24,000 nucleotides of DNA from Gammaproteobacteria bacterium 42_54_T18 (GTDB lineage Bacteria > Pseudomonadota > Gammaproteobacteria > Pseudomonadales > Ketobacteraceae): assembly GCA_002163245.1 (NCBI GenBank), contig MAAL01000021.1, positions 187,677 to 211,676 on the forward strand, in the 5' to 3' direction. The position numbers and the translations under genes are program-made. The first letter of the stretch is position 1; each line of letters begins with the position of its first letter. The notes under the pieces are model-generated. The model was not told where the DNA came from and made no database searches. It saw nothing but the letters and a program-made list of their open reading frames with translations. Shown here one piece after another: positions 10,401-16,744 of the stretch.

Positions 10401-11006
10401 GGGGGTGATCATGCGGTGGCACTGCAGGTAGACTCCCTAGTTGGCTCTCGTGAGATTGTTGTTAAGTCCGTGGGTCCTCAACTAAGTGCTGTGAGTGGAA
10501 TCTCCGGAGCGACTATCTTGGGTGATGGTAGTGTTGTTATCATCTTGGATCTCAATGCAATGATTCGAGCGGATCATGCTCAACTCAGTATTGATGGTAA
10601 GCAAGATGTTATTGAAGAAGTACCAGTTGAAACCACACCGACAGTAATGGTAATTGATGACTCAGTAACGGTAAGAAAAGTAACGACCCGTTTACTTGAG
10701 CGCCATGGTTTTGATGTTATTACTGCAAAAGACGGTGTTGACGCAATTACTCAACTTCAAGATATCAAACCTGACATTATGTTGTTGGATATTGAAATGC
10801 CTCGAATGGATGGCTTTGAAGTCGCAACGTTGGTTCGTCATGATGAACGTCTGAAAGATACCCCAATTATTATGATTACATCACGAACCGGTGAAAAACA
10901 TCGAGAGAGGGCAGTCAGCATCGGAGTGAATGGTTATATGGGTAAACCCTATCAAGAGACAACGTTACTGAAAGAAATTGAAGCATTGGTAAAACGCCCA
11001 TCGTGA
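4497..11006 (+). CDS. chpA: Hybrid CheA-type histidine kinase ChpA (multi-Hpt, HATPase, CheW-like and C-terminal receiver)
   Basis: 2169 aa. Seven Hpt-like modules, with His codons at 4656, 5958, 6645, 7209, 8244 and 8778 and one module with Arg at 7635. Dimerisation segment VRVSADLIEELVNLSGE. N-box HMIRNAVDHGIE, G1 DDGKGI, G2 GRGVGMDVV. A CheW-like P5 domain and a C-terminal REC (VMVIDDS...MLLDIEMPRMDG...GKPY). An alternative start exists at ATG 4512. Confidence 0.92.
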   Translation: MPGDSMAESHDYQALEWVKSEIEETLKQAQQSLEAYVENSEDSTRMRFCLTHLHQVYGTLQMVEFYGAALLAEEMENLAQALLNGTAAHVGDSQEVLMRAMLQLPAYLDRVKAGKRDMPVVILPLLNDLRAARGESLLSETALFKPNMQSGEKAAPKEKISEEVINKLPQLLKKVRQLYQFALVGLIRNQDMATNLGYLAKSLAKLEQLYSNAPMAQLWWVGGAVVEGVSRSSIELGTSVKMLLGLLDRQIKDNIESGANRMEPVPVELLKNLLYYVARCEGDSPKVKEVKKAFRLDEALPSDDLIDVERQQLAGPDKEAIASVIKALLEEMVVIKENLDIFLRGQSQEIEELKPLVPSLKQVADTLGVLGIGNPRRVILEQIDVIGRVVESGFMPDDNTFMDVAGALLYVEATLQGIAEDGARGAFDSGDNQADNDNYVSPEHVHKARSAVIEESRAGLESAKDAITEYIGSNYNNEYLEAVPEILHSVRGGLAMVPLHHPAALLQGCVSFIQNDLIDTGIRPDWKVLDTLADAITSIEYYLERLGEQFPGDEDILSIAEDAVASLGYPVERVDEFAASVGGTEKESEDIVTLDQVDFDEDVPELEIPELSQVADGSESLEHVSDVESEVPVLDSVTENIVEDIEETSSVEDVAEVSEEPGAEEVEDDDDLIDDEILEIFVEEAEEVLETIVEFTPKWKADRDAEEPRAEVRRAYHTIKGSGRMVGATVIGELGWSIENMLNRVLDGNIEASDDVFLIMETVTSIIPELVKDFESRRKPTLNVDALAAVADALSKGEQPPPIPSNLYISEEPVLEVSEEEAIEEEVEIVEEIAPTDDIEPLATMDDIESIEVKGMLVAEDVIDPVLLDIFSQEARSHLDVVREFLQLAEQSPQSFTSPLLRALHTLKGSAHMAGIHVIADLASPTEKFIKECHLQGLETDAEIHQFLVLAVDLIERGVEQLTTTPTTTIEGTEAFIERAVELRQRKLVHAEEAENADDMGAPDPQLVSIFLAEGTDLILDAADVLNNWEQNPVPGEDLDNLRRELRILSRSASAAQLNDVVALCMALEETYNAMSEGMLTPGAEFFEIAHRAHEHLIGMMDRIAVGQKPMGVDTLVGELQSLVDQAPEVAEQIKAEALEEVATEEDKGESLEGSEEAVEDEASEFEFDTEAETSSLEYEEIDELDELESPEETIPTVSEEEEEEYDAELVEIFLEEAEEIVESISNLLEEWRAEPDNLDKVAQLQRDLHTLKGGARMSDMTEIGDLAHHLENLYEGLCDKKFVAIPSLFSILNECHDTLAVMVEALQAGQPLTAADGLIQQVEAYMAGDTEFVSTVSNVTAEMVSEDSTAISAGVEAANEPELVQQDENALEALSSDEDGEEIDIEILEVFMEEAGELIEGLDTSVSALQDERDSQEHIDELKRLLHTFKGGARLAGLKLLGDISHDFETFLIEQEALIEQEERTEGFDDASLSTIQAYQDKLIEQVDLVRQRGSELLEEATLPGQVSEDKHEPPREVTGEDNVVPITPQPEPGGTIIIQDAVAGSVASKRDSAEKSGSGESVRVSADLIEELVNLSGETSIIRGRVEQELTDFSYEIEDIGMAIDRARELLRRLDIETETQILHGHQTAVGESSDYADFDPLEMDRYSTLHQLSRSLSETASDLMDLKDSLLDRARDTETLLQQQARVNSELQEGLMRTRMVPFSRMVPRLRRIVRQIAGEVGKKAELEVIGADGEMDRTVMDRMISPLEHMIRNAVDHGIETPEERKARGKEETGRITIHLAREGGDVVLRLMDDGKGINLEAVKTRAIERGLMKANAPLSEKEIMQFIFKAGFSTAEKVTQISGRGVGMDVVHSEIKQLGGNLKIHSAPNAGSQFTVRLPFTVSVNRALMVRVGDDAYAIPLNNIEGIVRVSPYELDAYYQPDSPDFEYAGQSYRLRYLGGYVHGTQSPDLQSHVKPLPVLLVRGGDHAVALQVDSLVGSREIVVKSVGPQLSAVSGISGATILGDGSVVIILDLNAMIRADHAQLSIDGKQDVIEEVPVETTPTVMVIDDSVTVRKVTTRLLERHGFDVITAKDGVDAITQLQDIKPDIMLLDIEMPRMDGFEVATLVRHDERLKDTPIIMITSRTGEKHRERAVSIGVNGYMGKPYQETTLLKEIEALVKRPS

Positions 11007-11035
11007 TATGGCACCGGTAATATGGCAATCATGAA

Positions 11036-12094
11036 ATGGATCGGTTAAATCAAGAAGATCAGCACAATAACCCTCGTTTAGGGGTTATTGCTGACTCGAC
11101 GTTGCAACGCCATAATCTGTGTAAAACCATAGAGTCTACCGGTTATGAAGTGGGTATTTCATTGTCACCTGATCGTGTTGATACGGGGCTAATTCATGAC
11201 GCCAGTATTGATTTGTGGTGGGTGGAAATAGAAGACGAAGATAAGTGGGCGGACTTTGTATCACTTATTTATGAAGAGGCAACTTGTCCGATTCTTATTG
11301 GTAATGGCTATTCTCCGCCATCTACAAGTCCAAAATATCCTCGTTGGGAACGGCGAATCTATACAAAAATAGTTGATATTGTTGGTAAGCCAGTTATGCC
11401 TGAAGAGCCTGTAACATTGGCCTCTTTTGAAAATAAAAGCACAGCCTATACCCCGTTAACCTTACCTCCAGAATTACATGAAGTAAAAAATGATGGAGTG
11501 GCGGCAAAGAATATTTGGGTGATTGGAGCTTCTTTAGGTGGCCCTGCGGCGGTTAAAGAATTTATTGATGCGTTGCCGGAAGGTTTACCTGTTGCGTTTA
11601 TTATTGTGCAACATATTGATGTAGGTTTTCAAAAAGTGTTGGCTCAGGTATGGGGGCGACATAGCCGCTTCTCTTTTATTGAGCCAATACAAGGGCAGGT
11701 GATTTCTCATGGTCAGGTGGTTATAGCACCGGTTGAGAAAGTAATGACAATCAGTGGCAACAGTGAAGTACAGTTACATGGGGGTGAGTGGGAAGGCCCA
11801 TATTCGCCATCGATTGATCAAGTAATGAATTCTACTGTTGATGCGCTAGGTCGCAGAACAGGGGCTATTTTATTCAGTGGTATGGGGAATGATGGGGCCA
11901 TAGCAGGTCCCAAAATGCATGAACTAGGGGTTGAAGTATGGGCCCAAACTTCGGATACCTGTGCAAACAGCAGTATGCCGGATTCTGCTCGTGCTACTGG
12001 CTGTGTCACTTTCAGTGCGTCACCGCGCGGGCTTGCTGAGTATCTTGTTGGGCACATGAAGACATTACAGTCCCAGGTTAGAGTTAATCGGTAA
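11036..12094 (+). CDS. chpB: CheB-type methylesterase ChpB with a divergent N-terminal receiver-like domain
   Basis: The C-terminal half carries CheB catalytic-triad contexts: GASLGGPAAV (Ser), IIVQHID (His) and FSGMGNDGA (Asp). Its position after chpA matches chpB. Confidence 0.8.
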   Translation: MDRLNQEDQHNNPRLGVIADSTLQRHNLCKTIESTGYEVGISLSPDRVDTGLIHDASIDLWWVEIEDEDKWADFVSLIYEEATCPILIGNGYSPPSTSPKYPRWERRIYTKIVDIVGKPVMPEEPVTLASFENKSTAYTPLTLPPELHEVKNDGVAAKNIWVIGASLGGPAAVKEFIDALPEGLPVAFIIVQHIDVGFQKVLAQVWGRHSRFSFIEPIQGQVISHGQVVIAPVEKVMTISGNSEVQLHGGEWEGPYSPSIDQVMNSTVDALGRRTGAILFSGMGNDGAIAGPKMHELGVEVWAQTSDTCANSSMPDSARATGCVTFSASPRGLAEYLVGHMKTLQSQVRVNR

Positions 12095-12165
12095 TAAGGT
12101 TAGCTGTTTTCAAAGAACTGATAATTAACTATTGCACGTAAAATCATTAGTAAAAGAGAAACGTT

Positions 12166-12615
12166 ATGGCAGATAAAATACCTGATGAAGTCGCAAGTTT
12201 GTTGATACCGATGGTGGGGCGACCAATGTTGCTGCCTAACGTGGCGGTGGCAGAAATTGTGCCTTGGGAAGAGCCGGAGAAACAAGATAACGCGCCGGAA
12301 TGGTTTTTGGGAAATGTTACGTGGCGGGGAGTAGATATTCCGTTGGTGTCATTAGAGTTAATGAATGATACAGATGTTGATGAAGCGTATTCTGGTCACC
12401 GAATAGCCGTGCTAAATGGTGTCGGAGGTACAAAGAAAGAATTTTATGCGGTATCTGTACAAGGCTTACCACGGCTTATTCGTGTGTTTGGTGAGGAGGT
12501 TAGTGGAGAAGAGTCGTTAAGCGAACCTGCTTATGATATGAACGTCTTGGTGAGTGGAGAGCGAGCAATGATCCCCGATTTGGATTACGTAGAGAAACAG
12601 GTTGAAGGCCTGTAG
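12166..12615 (+). CDS. chpC: CheW-like protein ChpC
   Basis: 149 aa with CheW-fold hallmarks (LLPNVAVAEIVPW, WRGVDIPLVSLE, IAVLNG). It is the last gene of the co-directional chp run. Confidence 0.7.
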   Translation: MADKIPDEVASLLIPMVGRPMLLPNVAVAEIVPWEEPEKQDNAPEWFLGNVTWRGVDIPLVSLELMNDTDVDEAYSGHRIAVLNGVGGTKKEFYAVSVQGLPRLIRVFGEEVSGEESLSEPAYDMNVLVSGERAMIPDLDYVEKQVEGL

Positions 12616-12631
12616 GCTTTCTTTTACCTGG

Positions 12632-13399
12632 TTAAAGATCCCCCCAGTAGTGCTGTAATAACGTTAGCATTGCCACGGGGGCGGTTTCCGTTCTGAATAC
12701 CCTCGGGCCTAGTGTTAAACAATCAAATCCATTTTCCTGTGCGAGGGATATTTCATCATCATTAAATCCGCCTTCTGGGCCAATCAGCACAGTAACTTCT
12801 TCTGGTGCTGTCTGTGAGAAATACTCGTTCGCTTGGTGATGGCCTGGATGAAGAATAATTTTTTTCCCTTTATCAGATTTTACGGTTTCACAAAAATCCT
12901 CAAGAGATTGGCAGTTGTTGATGGTAGGTATGATATTCAGGCCGCACTGTTCGCAGGCACTAATAATTTGCTGTTGCCACTGAAGTAATCGTTTTTCTTG
13001 CCGTTGTGGGTTTAGTCGAACTTCACAACGAGCACTGGTAAGAGGGGTAATAGAGCGAACACCCAATTCAACGGCTTTTTGAATAACATAATCCATACGG
13101 TCACCGCGAGACATTACTTGTGCTAAGTGAATGTCGAGAGGTGAGTTGTTGTTGTCTGAATTAAATGCTGTTAATGCTACACAAACCTTTTTTTTGCTTA
13201 CCTCAGTAATGCAGGCTTGGTATTCACCGCCCTGACCATTAAAAATTCGTAATAAATCCCCAGTTTGCATCCGCAATACTTTACCAATGTGATGGCTACC
13301 ACTTTCATCTAAAGAAAAAATGTTATTAGGGTTTTTTCCATCAAATTCATTTTTTTCTAAGCCCAATGTGATGGGTTGGTAAATTCTGGGGTTTTTCAT
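12632..13399 (-). CDS. rsmE: 16S rRNA (uracil1498-N3)-methyltransferase RsmE
   Basis: 255 aa, colinear by eye with E. coli RsmE: PRIY near the N-terminus, HIGKVLRM, IHLAQVMSRGDRMDYVIQKAVELGV, CEQCG, LIGPEGGF and LGPRVFRTETA. Confidence 0.9.
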   Translation of the reverse strand: MKNPRIYQPITLGLEKNEFDGKNPNNIFSLDESGSHHIGKVLRMQTGDLLRIFNGQGGEYQACITEVSKKKVCVALTAFNSDNNNSPLDIHLAQVMSRGDRMDYVIQKAVELGVRSITPLTSARCEVRLNPQRQEKRLLQWQQQIISACEQCGLNIIPTINNCQSLEDFCETVKSDKGKKIILHPGHHQANEYFSQTAPEEVTVLIGPEGGFNDDEISLAQENGFDCLTLGPRVFRTETAPVAMLTLLQHYWGDL

Positions 13400-13616
13400 A
13401 AATTAATCTTTTGTCGCCAACTCAATTCCTTGCCACGTCAGCGAGGGTATCAATTTGATCCGGTGTGATGATATAAGGCGGATAAAATACACTACGCTGC
13501 CTAGAGAGTGCAACTCGCTCTTGCCAAGGTTAGGCCTCTTTTGTTTGTTTTTAACCACTTGATGGAGAGTACCATCAAAACCTTCCTAGCCGGTTATCTT
13601 TGCTGATTTTAAAGGG

Positions 13617-14186
13617 TTAGCGTCTTCGCAGCAATTTATTGCGATCAGTATGCTTAAACTGAGGTTTATCGTATATATCGATCAATGTTGTTTCAGTGTA
13701 TGCCATTTCATCACCACCAACGGTAAGTTCGTGTTCAAAAGACTCGGTGCTGGCGTTATCACGCATAAAAGGGGATTGAACAATTCCCCAGTCGGGATCA
13801 CCTAATTTAGCTTGTACCTTAAGTGTTATGCTTTTATTGGTGGTTGTGGCATCACCACCTGCCAATAGTGTGACAGCACGAGGAATAGAAACGGATTGCA
13901 TCACAGTACCGGTTGCAGCATCCCATAACCAGTATCCTGTTTGATCATGGAAGACTTCATCGTTGGATTTTCGTTTTACAATTTGTTGGTAGCGTACAAT
14001 CGCCAAATTCTGTTTTTCTGCGTTATCGACATCACCAACCGCTTCAAAGCTTATGGTCTCATAGTAAGGATTTTTTTCTACACCGTCAGGTTCTGGTGCA
14101 ACGTCCATACCTCTGTCTCCGTCCCATGTTCCAACTAAACCCGCAAGTGGGCCATAATCTACGCCGTTTATTGTTGTATCTGTCAT
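13617..14186 (-). CDS. Nitrobindin / DUF1794 (THAP4-type heme-binding beta-barrel)-like protein
   Basis: 189 aa, beta-rich. The N-terminal LAGLVGTWDGDRG resembles the LxGxWxGxG motif of the FABP-like DUF1794 family. AAGGAAA lies upstream of the ATG. The family assignment is from memory of the motif, not from a search. Confidence 0.55.
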   Translation of the reverse strand: MTDTTINGVDYGPLAGLVGTWDGDRGMDVAPEPDGVEKNPYYETISFEAVGDVDNAEKQNLAIVRYQQIVKRKSNDEVFHDQTGYWLWDAATGTVMQSVSIPRAVTLLAGGDATTTNKSITLKVQAKLGDPDWGIVQSPFMRDNASTESFEHELTVGGDEMAYTETTLIDIYDKPQFKHTDRNKLLRRR

Positions 14187-14215
14187 TGTGTTTCCTTGAC
14201 TATTGCTAATAAGGG

Positions 14216-14848
14216 TTAGAGTGGAGCCACTTCCATGCCACTTAAGTCGATATCAGGTTTGGGAGGCTCCGGTGGTTTTTCTGCAAGGATATCTGAGCCT
14301 ACTGCAGCAACGCTGATATGGTCGGTATTGGGGGGAGATGGTGGTGGGGTGTTATCTATTTCAGGTTCTGCAAAAGCAGAGGTGAGTTTAATAGCACTGG
14401 TATCAATGTCTGCTGGTACAAAAGGTGTGCGTTCAGATTCACGCAGTACATCGCTGCCAGTGGGCGCAAGGTCCCATGATTCATCTCCTACAGCGGAGTT
14501 GGCTGGAGTCGAAGCGACAATGGTTTCTGTCGGAGCTTGCGCAGGTGGAGGAGATGTTACAGGCTTTGCTGCCGCAGAAGTTGCAGGGTTTGGCTTTGAA
14601 TTCTTTGGGTCACCGGGTTTCTCACGTAAAATAACCTTAGCCCCGGCTTTTTCCATCGCAGATTGATATTGAAGGGCGGCACTTTTGCTAAGGTTTTTTT
14701 TGATGACAATAGCTTTACCACTAAACATTGCGTCTATTTGTGTTGAATTGGCTTTAAATAGCTTTGCAAGATTACCTTTGACAATATCGATGCTTTCACC
14801 AGGCATAACACCCCCGCGAAAGAAAATATCGTAAAGCACGTTATCCAT
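14216..14848 (-). CDS. Hypothetical protein: small folded N-terminal domain plus a Pro/Ala/Ser-rich disordered tail
   Basis: 210 aa. A GAGG Shine-Dalgarno sequence lies about 10 nt upstream. The N-terminal ~75 aa look globular (…KKNLSKSAALQYQSAMEKAGAKVILRE). The rest is low complexity (PPPAQAP, PPPSPP, PPEPPKP). It is co-directional with the downstream gene, 29 bp away. Confidence 0.55.
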   Translation of the reverse strand: MDNVLYDIFFRGGVMPGESIDIVKGNLAKLFKANSTQIDAMFSGKAIVIKKNLSKSAALQYQSAMEKAGAKVILREKPGDPKNSKPNPATSAAAKPVTSPPPAQAPTETIVASTPANSAVGDESWDLAPTGSDVLRESERTPFVPADIDTSAIKLTSAFAEPEIDNTPPPSPPNTDHISVAAVGSDILAEKPPEPPKPDIDLSGMEVAPL

Positions 14849-14936
14849 GGTGAATTAACCTCAAATTAACCGCTGATTATCTATTAAAAGTAGCATATTG
14901 ATGAATATTTAGGAACGACACTTAGGCGATAAGTCC

Positions 14937-16550
14937 TTATTCAGAATGAGCTTTAATATCGCCAAAGCTGATGTCGTATTTGCTTAGAATTTGTTTTACA
15001 CGGTGAGAGTCATTGGAGGACGTTTTTGTTGTACGGCTAATATTGAATAATACGCGCCCAGCTTCTGCCATTGAGCTAGTTTTTTGGCAAACTTGAATGA
15101 CGTTGGCGAGTAAAACCTGTTCATGAAAATCAATGGAATCACAGCTGCTTGTACCAAGTAACGCTTCAATACAATGCTGGATTTTATTGTAGGGTGTTGA
15201 ATTACCTGATTGTCGATGCCACTTTTGCTTAAGGCGTTTGATCTCATCATGTGCAACTTCGGTGGTAATGCGTCCACCATCGGATAATGTACCCATGCGT
15301 GTAATGCTGGCATTTAGATCACGAAAATTTGCAGACCACGTAGCTTCCGCTGATGTTGAAAAACGTAAATAGATATCACGGGCAGATGTATTAAAACGAA
15401 CCAAGTATCCAGACTTACTAGAAAAATTTTCGAGTTCAAAATCGATGTTGGGTTCCAAATCTTCTAGTCGATCTTTTAGTGACGGTAGTTCGTATGTCCA
15501 TAAATCTATACGAGCCAGTAAGTCTTCACGGAATAGCCCTTTTTGTGTTTGAAGCCATAAATCACGGTTACTGCCGGCAATAAGCTGAAAGTTACTGCTG
15601 ACCTCTTTGTCTGAACCAAAAGGCATAAAACGTTTATCTTCGATGGCTTTTAACAGCATGGCTTGTTCATCAATGCCAAGCTCACCAATTTCATCGAGAA
15701 ATAATAATCCTTCATTGGCTTCTTTTAATAGCCCAGCACGATCACTTGATGCACCGGTGTAAGCCCCTTTTTTATGACCAAATAACGCGGACATTGCGTT
15801 TTCGCCTTTAAGCGTTGCGCAGTTAACGGTGACTAATTTTCCGGTCAATTTTCCTCGGAGTTTACGCAAGTCGTAAACCCGTTGAGCTAGTTGTGATTTC
15901 CCGGCCCCGGTTGGGCCGGTAATTAGAATCGGTTCTTGAGAGCGAATGGAGACTTGCTCTAGTTGTTCAATCATGTGGTTAAACTGGGTGTTGTTGGTTT
16001 CGATTCCACCTTTTAGATAGGTTGTACCTTCTTGATGTTCTTTCTTAAAGCGAGAGGCAATTTGATCATATTTGGATAAATCAAGATCAATGATTTGATA
16101 CTCGCCGAGCATTGATGTGTTTGTTTTGGTCGGGGATGTTTGGAGTAGTTTTCCTGGTAAATATCCGGCTTCGGTTAACAAATATAGGCATATCTGCGCA
16201 ACATGGGTGCCAGTGGTGATGTGGGTAAGGTAACGTTCCTTGTTGGGCTTAAACGTATAGCTGCGAGCGAAGTCAAGCAGGCCGCTGTAAACGGTCTCAA
16301 AGTCCCAGGGGTTATCAAAATGGATATGATGGTGAATAACTTGAGTTTCCGGAGATATTTGTCGAATATCTTCAGTCACTTGGTCTGCAAGACGTTGCGC
16401 ATCGGGGCTGAATAAGAGCTCCAAGCGGTCGATAAGAAGATCGTCGTGCTGACAAATGGATAGGGTTGGTCGCCACTTGTCCCAACGCTTTTTTCCTGGC
16501 CCGCGTCGATCTAAAGAGGTTCCGAGAATGCTGATAGCTATTGTTTTCAT
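14937..16550 (-). CDS. rtcR: Sigma54-dependent transcriptional activator RtcR (CARF-like N-domain, AAA+ domain, HTH)
   Basis: The N-terminus MKTIAISILGTSLDRRGPGKKRWDKWRPTLSICQHDDLLIDRLELLF is colinear with E. coli RtcR. It has Walker A GPTGAGKS, Walker B LFLDEIGE and a GAFTGA-type loop (KGAYTGA). It is divergent from rtcBA. Confidence 0.92.
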   Translation of the reverse strand: MKTIAISILGTSLDRRGPGKKRWDKWRPTLSICQHDDLLIDRLELLFSPDAQRLADQVTEDIRQISPETQVIHHHIHFDNPWDFETVYSGLLDFARSYTFKPNKERYLTHITTGTHVAQICLYLLTEAGYLPGKLLQTSPTKTNTSMLGEYQIIDLDLSKYDQIASRFKKEHQEGTTYLKGGIETNNTQFNHMIEQLEQVSIRSQEPILITGPTGAGKSQLAQRVYDLRKLRGKLTGKLVTVNCATLKGENAMSALFGHKKGAYTGASSDRAGLLKEANEGLLFLDEIGELGIDEQAMLLKAIEDKRFMPFGSDKEVSSNFQLIAGSNRDLWLQTQKGLFREDLLARIDLWTYELPSLKDRLEDLEPNIDFELENFSSKSGYLVRFNTSARDIYLRFSTSAEATWSANFRDLNASITRMGTLSDGGRITTEVAHDEIKRLKQKWHRQSGNSTPYNKIQHCIEALLGTSSCDSIDFHEQVLLANVIQVCQKTSSMAEAGRVLFNISRTTKTSSNDSHRVKQILSKYDISFGDIKAHSE

Positions 16551-16586
16551 CTATCTAATATAAGTGATAGCTATCGTATTAGATAG
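16551..16586. promoter_or_regulatory. Candidate RtcR upstream activating sequence (nested palindrome)
   Basis: CTATCTAATA (16551-16560) is the exact reverse complement of TATTAGATAG (16577-16586). The inner GATAGCTATC is itself palindromic. TGATAGCTAT occurs twice, at 16532-16541 and 16565-16574, 33 bp apart. The palindrome lies about 90-125 bp upstream of the -24/-12 element. Confidence 0.45.
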
Positions 16587-16643
16587 TTTTTGTCGTTTGC
16601 GTACCATGGGTAGGTCTCAGTGTATCTGTATAATATCTATTTA

Positions 16644-16656
16644 AATCAAAGGGTTG
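16644..16656 (+). promoter_or_regulatory. Candidate IHF site
   Basis: AATCAAAGGGTTG fits WATCAANNNNTTR. It sits between the palindrome and the -24/-12 element in an AT-rich context, the usual place for a DNA-bending site in sigma54 promoters. Confidence 0.35.
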
Positions 16657-16674
16657 AGGTGTTTTTTTGAAAGT

Positions 16675-16690
16675 TGGCATTGTTCTAGCA
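16675..16690 (+). promoter_or_regulatory. Sigma54 (-24/-12) promoter of rtcBA
   Basis: TGGCATTGTTCTAGCA compared with the consensus TGGCACG-N4-TTGCA. The GG and GC doublets have the exact consensus spacing. It lies 55 nt upstream of the rtcB ATG and next to the sigma54 activator gene. Confidence 0.75.
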
Positions 16691-16744
16691 ATAGGACTGT
16701 TGTGTATTTAGCATTAAACATGAACAGAGTTTTAAGGAAAAGTA

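Noticed and set aside
12604-12625. Small hairpin (GAAGGC-N6-GCTTTC) plus TTTT at the chpC stop, as a possible bidirectional terminator between chpC and rsmE
   Set aside because: It has only 6 bp including a G-U pair and overlaps the stop codon. It is plausible but too weak to list as a feature.
14235-14666. 143-aa plus-strand ORF (Gly/Ser/Ala-rich) opposite the Pro-rich gene
   Set aside because: It is the mirror image of CCN-rich coding sequence. The minus-strand ORF has a proper SD, a folded N-domain and operon context.
14996-15313. 105-aa alternative-frame ORF within rtcR, and similar short ORFs inside pilJ, chpA, chpB and rtcB
   Set aside because: All are nested in strongly supported genes, in other frames or on the other strand, and none has an independent signal.
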